64,000 nt of DNA, from positions 320,001 through 384,000 of the forward strand of contig CBDHDF010000010.1 of assembly GCA_965261545.1 (NCBI GenBank). The letters are read 5' to 3'. The position numbers and the translations under genes are program-made. Shown here in pieces: positions 45,577 through 57,481 of the stretch. Every line of letters begins with the position of its first letter. The first letter of the stretch is position 1. The stretch comes from Bdellovibrionales bacterium (GTDB lineage Bacteria > Bdellovibrionota > Bdellovibrionia > Bdellovibrionales > UBA1609). The notes under the pieces are model-generated. The model made no database searches. It had not been told where the DNA came from and saw only the letters and a program-made list of their open reading frames with translations.

Positions 45577-45786
45577 TTAATTGACGCCCTGGGACCCCGT
45601 GGACCTTGTGGGAGTGGTCGTTTGCTCATCTTGATCTTGGATGGGAACTGGTGTTGCCTTTGTGTCATCGTGAAGGTTGGCGCTGGATAGCAATGGACAA
45701 TCTTCAGCCTTTTGGCTCTTGCTATTGCCAGCCAAGGAAGGCCATGAAAGTAATAGGGTTGAAAGTACTACGATATAGATTTTCAT
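45577..45786 (-). CDS. Small secreted hypothetical protein (69 aa)
   Basis: aaggag RBS, signal peptide MKIYIVVLSTLLLSWPSLA; its 3' end recurs in the tandem array. Confidence 0.65.
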   Translation of the reverse strand: MKIYIVVLSTLLLSWPSLAGNSKSQKAEDCPLLSSANLHDDTKATPVPIQDQDEQTTTPTRSTGSQGVN

Positions 45787-46253
45787 TTTAACTCCTTTGC
45801 TTGGGGCTTGAGGGCCGCGTTTGATTTCGTACTTGTTATTGGCATATGGCACTGAATGGTTGAGTGGTGCTTAATAGAATATAGAGCAAAAAATGAGCCA
45901 GAAATAAGTCAGAGGGAGTATGGCCTAAGTGGAACATTTCTTCTTATAATTGAGTATTTTCAATAGTTTAAAATTATTCAAATCAGAGAGAGGGGCGACT
46001 CTTTTGTCTACAAATTCATCAGGTGAGTGAAAAATTCACACTGGAAGAGGGGCCAGGGAGAGCCTTCCTTTTGGCGGATCCACTTGCTTTTGGCCGATCA
46101 ACTTGGAGTCGTACAACCGAACTGTTGCACGAACAGACAATGGGTTAATGCGTCAAGACCCGGCCTGAGATTCATAGTATAAGCGATGCAGCCATTTATG
46201 AACCATAGAACCGAATCATAGAACCAAGAGTCAGATTAAGCTACGAAGCAGCC

Positions 46254-47654
46254 ATGGAGCAGCCCATGATAGAATCATTGAATGCATTACTGGCCACTAT
46301 TTTATCATATGTTTGGAGCACTCCCCTTGTCGTTCTCTTGGTAGGAACAGGGCTCCTCCTCACTTTTGCGCTTGGGTGTCCTCAAATTAAAGGCTTTTGG
46401 CACGCCATAAAAGTCATTATGGGGCGATATGACGACCCTAAAGCACTTGGGGAAACCTCCCACTTTCAAGCCCTATGCACCGCCCTGTCTGCCACAGTGG
46501 GGCTGGGAAATATCGCAGGTGTGGCTGTCGCCATCAATCTTGGTGGGCCTGGAGCTGTCTTTTGGATGATGCTCACGGGCCTTGTGGGAATGTCCACCAA
46601 ATTTACTGAGTGCAGCCTTGCTGTGATGTACAGGGACATTGACAAAAATGGAACAGTGTATGGTGGCCCTATGTACTACATCACCAAGGGGTTGGGTGAA
46701 AAATGGAAACCTCTGGCCATTTTCTTTGCCTTTGCCTGTATGTGTGGAGCCTTTGGTGCTGGAAATATGTTTCAGTCCAACCAAGTAGCCTCTATTTTTT
46801 TTGGCCCTCAAAACTTTAATATCCCCAAGGAGATCACAGGAATCACCCTTGCCATTCTCACGGCCATTGTCATCATTGGAGGTATTCAAAGAATTGGATC
46901 TGTGACTTCCAAGTTGGTCCCCTTTATGGGGGCCATTTATGCCATAGGAAGCATAGCTGTTATTGTCTTAAATATTGAAAAGGTTCCAAGCCTGCTCATG
47001 GAAATTCTAAGTGCAGCTTTTACGGGCTCGGCAGCTGTGGGTGGAGCTACAGGTGTTGCTGTCAAAACGGCCTTAATACAGGGAGTGCGCCGAGGCTGCT
47101 TCTCCAATGAGGCGGGGCTTGGCTCAGCCCCCATTGCCCACTCGGCGGTCACCACCTCCGAACCCATTCGTGAGGGAGTGGTGGCTCTTTTGGAGCCTTT
47201 TATTGATACGGTGGTGATTTGCACTATGACAGCCCTTGTGATTCTTATTTCTGGAGTTCATTATTCAGGAGACCTCAGTGGTGTTGAATTGACAGCTGCG
47301 GCCTTTGATGCAGCCATACCTGGCTTTGGGTCTTATTTTGTTCCCATTGCTGTGCTTTTATTTGCCTACTCCACACTTTTAAGTTGGTCCTACTATGGGC
47401 AACAGGCTTTTACTTTTATCTTTGGCAAAAGAGGTGTTCTACTCTATAAGGTCTTATTTTGCCTCCTCATATTCGTAGGTGCTAAATGGAGCTTGGGGCC
47501 TGTTCTTAATTTTTCAGATATCATGCTTGGGTTGATGGCCCTCCCCAATCTCATTGCCGTTCTTCTGCTTTTACCCAAGGTGAGGGCGGCATCTAAGGAC
47601 TACTTTTCTCGAATGTCTCAAATGAATAAAAATGCTGAAAGGAATGAAACATGA
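46254..47654 (+). CDS. Alanine/glycine:cation symporter (AGCS family)
   Basis: TVGLGNIAGVA, GGPGAVFWM, GGPMYY, FSNEAGLGSAP, FIDT. Confidence 0.93.
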   Translation: MEQPMIESLNALLATILSYVWSTPLVVLLVGTGLLLTFALGCPQIKGFWHAIKVIMGRYDDPKALGETSHFQALCTALSATVGLGNIAGVAVAINLGGPGAVFWMMLTGLVGMSTKFTECSLAVMYRDIDKNGTVYGGPMYYITKGLGEKWKPLAIFFAFACMCGAFGAGNMFQSNQVASIFFGPQNFNIPKEITGITLAILTAIVIIGGIQRIGSVTSKLVPFMGAIYAIGSIAVIVLNIEKVPSLLMEILSAAFTGSAAVGGATGVAVKTALIQGVRRGCFSNEAGLGSAPIAHSAVTTSEPIREGVVALLEPFIDTVVICTMTALVILISGVHYSGDLSGVELTAAAFDAAIPGFGSYFVPIAVLLFAYSTLLSWSYYGQQAFTFIFGKRGVLLYKVLFCLLIFVGAKWSLGPVLNFSDIMLGLMALPNLIAVLLLLPKVRAASKDYFSRMSQMNKNAERNET

Positions 47655-48157
47655 ACAGAGCTAAAAATAATAAATGGAATGAACTAGGCAAGCAGGGAAT
47701 ACGAGGCAAATGGAGCGTCCCTATAGTCCTCTCTCATCTCATCCCCAACCATCTGCGTTTTCTTTACATCACTCTTTTTTCTCTATCCCTCCTTTTGGGG
47801 CCACTGGGCTGTGCCACCATTATGAAGTATGAAGAAGAGCACATTTATATTGATAGTGATCCCCCTGGAGTTAAGGTCGACTTAGAGGAATATACATGTC
47901 ATACTCCATGTACACTTGAGCTTCCCCGTGGAAGAGACCTCCAGGCCATATTGACAAGACCAGGATTTCGATCTCAAACCCACCATATTAATGGACACTC
48001 CCTTGATGGATGGCTTTGGGGGAATCTTGCCTATTTATTTTTCTTTCCTGTCGCCATCGGTGTTGATTTTTACACGGGGTATGCCTACGACTATGGCCCC
48101 GACCGACTCCATGTTAAAATGGAACCTGTGAAGCAACAACTAAAACGAAAGAAATAG
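47651..48157 (+). CDS. PEGA-like domain lipoprotein (start may be further downstream)
   Basis: LGC lipobox, IDSDPPGV..TPC, VDFYTG. Confidence 0.65.
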   Translation: MNRAKNNKWNELGKQGIRGKWSVPIVLSHLIPNHLRFLYITLFSLSLLLGPLGCATIMKYEEEHIYIDSDPPGVKVDLEEYTCHTPCTLELPRGRDLQAILTRPGFRSQTHHINGHSLDGWLWGNLAYLFFFPVAIGVDFYTGYAYDYGPDRLHVKMEPVKQQLKRKK

Positions 48158-48172
48158 AGATGGGTGGATTTT

Positions 48173-48967
48173 ATGAAAGTTTACCTTGATTTACTTCAAA
48201 AAGTTCTCGACGAGGGCGTTGAAAGAAGTGATCGAACAGGCACGGGAACCCTAAGCACTTTTGGTTACCAAATGCGCTTTGACTTACAGAAGGGCTTTCC
48301 TCTTCTTACCACAAAGAAGCTTCATTTAAAGTCAATCATTCATGAATTGTTATGGTTTATATCTGGGGAAACCAATGTGAAATACCTCAACGACAACGGT
48401 ATTCGTATTTGGAATGAATGGGCCAATGAAGAGGGAGAGCTTGGAAGAGTTTATGGCGCTCAATGGAGGTCTTGGCAAACCCCCAACGGCTCCTCTGTGG
48501 ATCAATTGCAAAAGACGATCGAGCAAATAAAATCAACTCCCTACAGCCGGCGCCACTTGGTGGTTGCTTTTAATCCGGGTGAATTGGACCAAATGGCTCT
48601 ACCTCCTTGCCATGCATTTTTTCAATTCTATGTGGCTCAGGGAAAGCTTTCGTGCCAACTCTACCAAAGAAGTGCTGATGTTTTTCTAGGGTTACCATTT
48701 AATATAGCTAGCTACTCCTTACTTACCATGATGGTCGCTCAAGTTTGTGGTCTAAGCCCTGGAGAATTTATTCATAGCCTTGGCGACACCCACCTCTACC
48801 TCAACCATATTGAGCAAGCGAGACTTCAGCTTCAAAGAAAGCCCCTTGCACTGCCAAAAATGGCCATCCACACTGACGTCAAAGAGATCACATCATTTAG
48901 GTGGGAAGACTTTCAACTTCTTCACTACCAACCTCATTCCCATATTAAAGCTGAAGTTTCAACATGA
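48173..48967 (+). CDS. thyA: Thymidylate synthase
   Basis: [35 protein letters not shown]. Confidence 0.97.
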   Translation: MKVYLDLLQKVLDEGVERSDRTGTGTLSTFGYQMRFDLQKGFPLLTTKKLHLKSIIHELLWFISGETNVKYLNDNGIRIWNEWANEEGELGRVYGAQWRSWQTPNGSSVDQLQKTIEQIKSTPYSRRHLVVAFNPGELDQMALPPCHAFFQFYVAQGKLSCQLYQRSADVFLGLPFNIASYSLLTMMVAQVCGLSPGEFIHSLGDTHLYLNHIEQARLQLQRKPLALPKMAIHTDVKEITSFRWEDFQLLHYQPHSHIKAEVST

Positions 48968-49021
48968 GAGGTCTTAACATAAAAAATTTCAACATGAGAG
49001 ATCTCAACATGAAAGGACTCT

Positions 49022-49540
49022 ATGGCGACTCATAATCCAATGATAGCTCATATCGTTGCAGTTTCAGAAAATAATATTATTGGCTCTCAGGGCCATCTTC
49101 CTTGGGATATCCCCGAAGACATGAAATTTTTTCGAGATAAAACCAAGGGTCATGCCCTCATTATGGGACGCAAAACCTTTGAGTCCTTGGGCTCTCCTCT
49201 TCCCCACAGACTCAATGTGGTTGTTACAAGACAAGAGAATTACCCAAGTTCTCCTGGCGTCGCTGTCACAGCTTCCCTAGAAGAGGCTATAAAGATTTGT
49301 CAAGAACACACACAAGCCCATAAAAACGAGATATTCATCATTGGTGGTGGAGATATTTATAAACAATCACTCTCTCTTGTGAATCGTATTTATCTCACTC
49401 GAATCCATCAATCCTTCGAAGGAGACACCAAGTATCCAAGTATACCTGAAGAATTTCAAGAAATCGAGCGTCGATCTCGCACAGAACCTGTTCCTTTTAG
49501 TTTTCTCATTTATGATCGAGATCGAAGCTCAGAGGGCTAA
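49022..49540 (+). CDS. folA: Dihydrofolate reductase
   Basis: LPWDIPED, MGRKTFES, IIGGG, GDT. Confidence 0.95.
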   Translation: MATHNPMIAHIVAVSENNIIGSQGHLPWDIPEDMKFFRDKTKGHALIMGRKTFESLGSPLPHRLNVVVTRQENYPSSPGVAVTASLEEAIKICQEHTQAHKNEIFIIGGGDIYKQSLSLVNRIYLTRIHQSFEGDTKYPSIPEEFQEIERRSRTEPVPFSFLIYDRDRSSEG

Positions 49541-50220
49541 GTATGCACATGAGCCCCCGCCACTTCGCCATAAACCGTCTGTATTTCATCAGAGACCCTT
49601 TCCATTTCATCATATAAAGTATCAATGACCTTATGGTGAAGGTAGCGAGCACTCAGCCTCAGTTGAAATTGAAGGCAGTCGGGGTGCTCCATATAAATTC
49701 TTATTAATCTGATGACATTGCGGTCTTTGGATTGACCAGCTTCAATGCGTTGTAATGTGACAGAATTTAATCCAAAGGCAAGGGAGATATCTCTCAAAGA
49801 CAGACCCGTTCTTTGACGAAAATCCTTAAGTTTCTTGATCACATCAAAGTCGTCATATAAAACAGACTCAAACACAAATGAAGAAGGTCCCCGTCTTCCA
49901 ATGGTTCCTAAAAGAATGATGAAGTTTTGCTCTGTCACTTCAATGCCAACTTGCTGGCAATAATCCTTATAGGCAGGGTTTTTTCGAGATGGTATTCTGT
50001 CTTGAAACGATTCAAAGAGAAACTCAGACTCATGCCTTATTTTTGTCACAGGTAGATCGGGCCCTAAAGCGAGAGGTCGATTTGAATGAGCATATCTTTT
50101 ATCATAGATAAATACATACTGAGGAAAGCTATCTTGCTGTTGAAGGATGCCAACAAATAGTTTTTGCTTTCTTAACTCCACATAAACATCTAACTTATTC
50201 TTATCTCGACTTAATCCCAT
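49537..50220 (-). CDS. HipA N-terminal (HipS-like) domain fused to C-terminal XRE-type HTH
   Basis: VGILQQ..YVFIYD..Y..LALGPDLP..LFESF.DRIP; RQRTGLSLRDIS..LQRIEAG. Confidence 0.75.
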   Translation of the reverse strand: MGLSRDKNKLDVYVELRKQKLFVGILQQQDSFPQYVFIYDKRYAHSNRPLALGPDLPVTKIRHESEFLFESFQDRIPSRKNPAYKDYCQQVGIEVTEQNFIILLGTIGRRGPSSFVFESVLYDDFDVIKKLKDFRQRTGLSLRDISLAFGLNSVTLQRIEAGQSKDRNVIRLIRIYMEHPDCLQFQLRLSARYLHHKVIDTLYDEMERVSDEIQTVYGEVAGAHVHT

Positions 50221-50228
50221 GACATTCC

Positions 50229-51182
50229 TTATCTAGCAACCATTTCATTGATTCTTTCATGAATGAGTTTTTTGAGAGCCTCTTTCATCAAGGATGAACA
50301 AAAACCATTTTCAATGATTCTAACAATCTTATCTTTATTTATTCTTTTGATAAATTCTTCCACCGCATCTTCAAAGCCGAGCCGAATGAATTCATCTACA
50401 TAATCCTTTGGCAATGGTTCTTTGGAAGACTTTGTGAATACTTTGCCCTTGGGACTCCAGTGCATCTTTAAGAAATCTTCTGACTCTAAACCCAGCTGTG
50501 ATGGATTGTCATAAATGGGAGAAAGTCTCATTTGGTTTGGAGTTGTAATAAACCCTAAATTTCTTCCATGTCTATCATGATTACCTACGAGAGAGTCAAA
50601 AAGGCACACTTGTACAAAAGTATATGTATCCGCCAAACTATTTGTCTTTGAAAGAATAATGTCAAGGAGTGTTTCAATATCAAATTCATCTCCGTTCTTT
50701 AAGTATCTATAAATGTGATTAAGGGTTTGGTAGTCATTGAGAAAGTTTTTTGTGGCAAAGACATGATGGCCAGAGAACTGAAGAAGATAGTACGGTGGCA
50801 CTGGAATACCCAAGGTGCTAGCAATTTGATTGCATATGAATTCAACATCGGGCAATTCTGGAGATTTTTCTTCCCTGACTTTTAGAATATAAGATTTGCC
50901 AGCAAGGGTTGCTGCATATTTCTTGTAATTGCCATGAAAAAAACTTGAGTTCCAGTGACGAGGCATACCGAGTTGATTCTTAGATTTGACATGATGTGCC
51001 CCTACGGACTCTGTTGAGCCCCCCGACTTACCTGACTGACGATTTAGGTTTTGAAAATCTATGCACTCCTTAAGTTGAAACCACTCCATAAAGCAGATGG
51101 GGTGAAGCCCATACCAACCTTTCTTATGAATCTCTTTTAAACACTTCAAACATTTCAACATGGAAGCTCCAAATGCAATCAT
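50229..51182 (-). CDS. HipA-family Ser/Thr kinase lacking the N-terminal subdomain (HipT-like)
   Basis: SFFHGNYKK, YILK, E, FDSLVGNHDRHGRN, LSPIYD; N-terminal CxxC..HxxC. Confidence 0.85.
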   Translation of the reverse strand: MIAFGASMLKCLKCLKEIHKKGWYGLHPICFMEWFQLKECIDFQNLNRQSGKSGGSTESVGAHHVKSKNQLGMPRHWNSSFFHGNYKKYAATLAGKSYILKVREEKSPELPDVEFICNQIASTLGIPVPPYYLLQFSGHHVFATKNFLNDYQTLNHIYRYLKNGDEFDIETLLDIILSKTNSLADTYTFVQVCLFDSLVGNHDRHGRNLGFITTPNQMRLSPIYDNPSQLGLESEDFLKMHWSPKGKVFTKSSKEPLPKDYVDEFIRLGFEDAVEEFIKRINKDKIVRIIENGFCSSLMKEALKKLIHERINEMVAR

Positions 51183-51212
51183 TCATCCACATACAAGTAT
51201 ATTAATTTTATT

Positions 51213-51289
51213 TTGATATTTATAAATGTCAACCTATTTCAATATACAAATATACCAATATTATTTTGATATATAAATATATCAAAATA
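51213..51289. promoter_or_regulatory. Two related palindromic operator candidates upstream of the kinase gene
   Basis: ttgatattta/taaatgtcaa (51213-51232) and perfect tattttgatatat-aa-atatatcaaaata (51262-51289). Confidence 0.6.
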
Positions 51290-51492
51290 TTGGAGGCTTG
51301 TGTATTCACCCCATAGCTCAGGCCTCAGCCTCTAGGGGCTCATAACTCATAGTGTTATACAGTGTCCTACCCACACATGGGTGCCCTATCCTGCTCTGCG
51401 ACGTATTTTTGATCTTGACCCTCTTTAAAGACTGCGTTAGCAAAGCATTGTTATAGATAAAGTCATAGGCAGTAGGTAGGTAAATTAGGTCC

Positions 51493-51960
51493 ATGGAAGC
51501 CTTTGTTAAAGAGTTTACAAATATTTTAGTGGGCTTAGGGGTCAACGAAACCCTTTACCACCAACTGGCTATTTTTTTGGTGGGTTATGGTTTCCTCTAC
51601 CTCCTTGTCTTCAAGCCCTACTTTCATATGCTAAAAGAGAGGGAAAATCGCACAGTGGGTAATGAGGATCTCGCGGGGCAAATTCTCAAAAAAACTAAGG
51701 GGCTAGAAACTGAGTATCAACTCAAGGCCCGCCAGTTGAACGCAAGGTACAAGGAGATTTACGACCAATGTCGAACTGAGGCCATGGTTGAGTATGAAAA
51801 GATTGTAAATGAAGCGAAGCACAGTGCCCAAGACAAGGTCAAAAAGATAAGAGAGAGCATGGCCACCAATGTATCTATGGCCAAAGATCAGATGACAGGT
51901 GAGAAAAACCAAATAGCCCAAGTCATTGCTTCTCAAGTTCTGGGCAAGAGGCTTTCGTGA
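51493..51960 (+). CDS. ATP synthase F0 subunit b'
   Basis: N-terminal TM, LVFKP..RE.R, coiled coil, first gene of operon. Confidence 0.85.
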   Translation: MEAFVKEFTNILVGLGVNETLYHQLAIFLVGYGFLYLLVFKPYFHMLKERENRTVGNEDLAGQILKKTKGLETEYQLKARQLNARYKEIYDQCRTEAMVEYEKIVNEAKHSAQDKVKKIRESMATNVSMAKDQMTGEKNQIAQVIASQVLGKRLS

Positions 51961-52556
51961 GCCCTTGGAGTTCTGTTGTTTTTGTGTTTCTTGGAGGAAT
52001 TGTCTTTACGACAAGTGCCCATGGGGCCTCCTCCGAGGGAGTTCCTTGGTTTCTTGTGGGACCTCAGATTTTAAACTTTTCTCTTTTTGTCGCAGTTCTC
52101 TTTTTTCTCTTAAAAAAGAGGGCCAGAGATATTTTTGCCCAGCGTGAAAAGGATTACACGGAGCATCTTCAAAGAGCTGAAAGGGAAAAAGATGAAGCAG
52201 AAAAACAAAAAATGGTTGTCATTCAAAAATTAAAGATTTTGGAGGCAGACGCCAAAGTGGCCGCTCAAAAGGCTCAGAAAGAAGCTGAAGGCTTAAAGCA
52301 TAAGATCATCTCCGAGGCCCAAGCCATCTCAGAGCGATCTTTGCTAGAAACCGAACGAACTGTTCAATACGAAAGAAACCGAATCATTAGTGAATTAAGA
52401 GAAAAGCTTCTTTTAGAAGCCTTTAAAGGTGCTGAGGTCCTTCTTAAAGAGAAACTAGATGACTCCCAGCAGTCAGAGTTAAACAAAGAGTTTGTAGAAA
52501 AAGCTCTGATCCAGGGCTCTCTTCTCCAAAAAACCCAAGTGGCGGCCTCGTCATGA
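51957..52556 (+). CDS. atpF: ATP synthase F0 subunit b
   Basis: QILNFSLFVAVLFF, coiled coil, operon position. Confidence 0.85.
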   Translation: MSPWSSVVFVFLGGIVFTTSAHGASSEGVPWFLVGPQILNFSLFVAVLFFLLKKRARDIFAQREKDYTEHLQRAEREKDEAEKQKMVVIQKLKILEADAKVAAQKAQKEAEGLKHKIISEAQAISERSLLETERTVQYERNRIISELREKLLLEAFKGAEVLLKEKLDDSQQSELNKEFVEKALIQGSLLQKTQVAASS

Positions 52557-53089
52557 AAGAAATTTCACTAAGATACGCCAATGCCCTCTATGATCTTTCG
52601 GGCCACCAACAAGAGCTTATTTTATCTGAATTAAGGTCTCTGGAAGAAGTGCTGACAAAAAATAAAGAAGTTCAAAGCTTCTTTGCCTCCCCCTTAGTTC
52701 GAGACTCAAAAAAAGAGGCCTTCCTAAAGTCTTCTTTAAAAGACAAGAGTTTTAGCAAAACTACCTATAGTTTTGTGCTCACCTTGGCCCAAAAGGGTCG
52801 AGTGAACCTTTTGCCTGAAGTCATTGATAGGTTTCAAGCAAGAAGTGATAAAGATCATGGCCTTGTTCGTGGAGAAGTGAGGTCCGTCAAGGATCTTACC
52901 TCTGAAGAGAAGCAAAAAATTGAAAAAGCTCTTTCAAAAACCATAGGGAAAAAGATCATTTTAAATTATGTCAAGGATCCCAACATAATGGGGGGGCTTG
53001 TGGCAAAGGTGGGGAGTTATACATTGGATGATACCATTGCTTCTCATTTAAAAAAACTAAATGATGATTTACAAAGGAGAACACACTAG
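52553..53089 (+). CDS. atpH: ATP synthase delta
   Basis: RYANAL, DPNIMGG..KVG...DD. Confidence 0.92.
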   Translation: MKEISLRYANALYDLSGHQQELILSELRSLEEVLTKNKEVQSFFASPLVRDSKKEAFLKSSLKDKSFSKTTYSFVLTLAQKGRVNLLPEVIDRFQARSDKDHGLVRGEVRSVKDLTSEEKQKIEKALSKTIGKKIILNYVKDPNIMGGLVAKVGSYTLDDTIASHLKKLNDDLQRRTH

Positions 53090-54604
53090 ATGGAGACCAC
53101 AATTCGAGCCGATGAAATCAGCCGCATTTTAAGAGAGCAGATTAAAAATTACAATAAATCCGTAGAAATTAGTGAAACGGGAACGGTCCTCTCTGTGGGG
53201 GATGGCGTGGCCCGTATTTATGGAATGGAAAATGTCATGGCTGGTGAGATGGTAGAATTTTCCAATGATATTATGGGCATGGTTCTCAATTTGGAAAAAG
53301 ATTCTGTGGGCGTGGTGATATTTGGTGAAGATAGGCACATCAAAGAAGGGGATACGGTCAAGAGAACTCAAAAGATTGTGCGAGTTCCCGTTGGAGAGAC
53401 CCTATTGGGTCGTGTGGTGGATGTTTTGGGTCGACCCGTGGATGGCCGTGGCCCCATTGAAACGGAGCATAGCCGTGTGGTGGAAGTAAAGGCTCCAGGG
53501 ATTCTCAAGCGTCACCCCGTTCATGAGCCTCTTCAAACAGGGATTAAGTCCTTGGATTCTATGATTCCCATTGGGCGTGGACAAAGGGAGCTTATTATTG
53601 GAGATCGTCAAACAGGTAAGACGGCCATTGCTGTGGATGCCATCATTAATCAAAAAGGGCTCCACGTTCAGTGCTTTTATGTGGCCATTGGACAAAAAAA
53701 ATCAACAGTGGCTCAAGTTGTGGAAAAGCTACGAAAAGCTGGAGCCATGGATTACACCACAGTGGTGATAGCGACGGCATCAGACCCTGCTCCTTTGCAG
53801 TTTTTGGCTCCCTTTTCAGGTTGTGCCATGGCAGAATACTTTAGAGATACAGGTCGCCATGGACTCATCATTTACGATGACCTCACCAAACAAGCTCAAG
53901 CCTATCGCCAACTCTCCCTTCTTTTGAGAAGACCTCCAGGGCGGGAAGCCTTTCCCGGGGATGTGTTTTACATTCATTCCAGGCTCCTTGAGCGTGCGGC
54001 AAAGCTTAGTGAAAAAGAGGGAAGTGGTTCACTGACAGCCCTTCCCATTATTGAAACCCAGGCAGGTGATATTTCTGCTTATATTCCCACCAATGTGATC
54101 TCCATTACAGATGGACAAATCTTTTTAGAAACTGATTTATTTTACAAAGGAATCCGCCCGGCTGTGAGTGTGGGTAAGTCTGTTTCTCGTGTGGGAGGTG
54201 CCGCTCAAATCAAGGCCATGAAGCAGGTGGCGGGAACTCTTAAACTGGAGCTAGCTCAGTTTAGAGAGCTTGAAGCCTTCTCAGCCTTTGCTTCAGATTT
54301 AGACGCCGCCACCCAGGCCCAACTTTCTAGGGGGCGTCGATTGGTGGAAATTCTTAAGCAAGACCAGTATTCTCCCTTCAATGTGGTGGAGCAGGTGGTT
54401 GTCATTTACGCCGCCACCCATGGGTATGTAGACGCTTTGCCTGAATCTGACGTAAAACGGTATGAGGCCGAACTCATTGAGTTTCTATCCCAAAAATACA
54501 ATTCTCTCATGGATCAAATTCGCAATAAAAAGGCCCTGAGTGATGAGATTAAATCAGAGCTTACAAGGGCTCTCGATGAGTTTAAGGCTGTTTTTGAAGC
54601 TTAG
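53090..54604 (+). CDS. atpA: ATP synthase alpha
   Basis: [23 protein letters not shown]. Confidence 0.98.
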   Translation: METTIRADEISRILREQIKNYNKSVEISETGTVLSVGDGVARIYGMENVMAGEMVEFSNDIMGMVLNLEKDSVGVVIFGEDRHIKEGDTVKRTQKIVRVPVGETLLGRVVDVLGRPVDGRGPIETEHSRVVEVKAPGILKRHPVHEPLQTGIKSLDSMIPIGRGQRELIIGDRQTGKTAIAVDAIINQKGLHVQCFYVAIGQKKSTVAQVVEKLRKAGAMDYTTVVIATASDPAPLQFLAPFSGCAMAEYFRDTGRHGLIIYDDLTKQAQAYRQLSLLLRRPPGREAFPGDVFYIHSRLLERAAKLSEKEGSGSLTALPIIETQAGDISAYIPTNVISITDGQIFLETDLFYKGIRPAVSVGKSVSRVGGAAQIKAMKQVAGTLKLELAQFRELEAFSAFASDLDAATQAQLSRGRRLVEILKQDQYSPFNVVEQVVVIYAATHGYVDALPESDVKRYEAELIEFLSQKYNSLMDQIRNKKALSDEIKSELTRALDEFKAVFEA

Positions 54605-54668
54605 GCTTGCTAGGCTTAAATAGATAGATGCATGATATTATATTACACAACAGTGGAGTTATTTTTTT

Positions 54669-56965
<2,297 letters not shown>

Positions 56966-57021
56966 TCATAATCATAGTCATAGAAACTTAGATATAGAAT
57001 TCTAAATTTTGAGGGTGTTCC

Positions 57022-57426
57022 ATGCTTAAGCTAACATTAGTGACCCCAGAAAAAGAGATTTTTACAGATATGAACGTAGATGAAGTGATTGTCCCTGGAA
57101 ACCGTGGTGAGTTGAATATACTCCTTGGCCACGCCCCATTGGTGACGACACTGAGTACGGGGACTTTAAAATATAAAAAAGGAGGAGATCCAAAATTTAT
57201 GGCTGCCGTGGTGAGTTGGGGATACTGCGAAGTGTGCATGGATAAAGTTCTTGTTCTTGCAGAAACCGTAGAGCTCCAAGGGAAAATTGACCTGCCTCGG
57301 GCTCAACAAGCCTTAAAAGAGGCTCAAGTCCAATTGGAATCAGGAGACCTTTCTCCCGATGAAATTATCAAGTTCCAAAGAAAAGTAAAAAGATCTCTTG
57401 AAAGAATAAATTCCTTGAAAGAATGA
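57022..57426 (+). CDS. atpC: ATP synthase epsilon
   Basis: LVTPE, GELNILLGHAPL. Confidence 0.95.
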   Translation: MLKLTLVTPEKEIFTDMNVDEVIVPGNRGELNILLGHAPLVTTLSTGTLKYKKGGDPKFMAAVVSWGYCEVCMDKVLVLAETVELQGKIDLPRAQQALKEAQVQLESGDLSPDEIIKFQRKVKRSLERINSLKE

Positions 57427-57481
57427 ATCTATTTATCGTAACAACTCACTCACTGCTGCTAACCCTTGCGACAGAAGCCTT

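Noticed and set aside
45900..46250. Glycine riboswitch upstream of the symporter
   Set aside because: Only a ggagag word matches; the rest of the aptamer consensus is not recognisable
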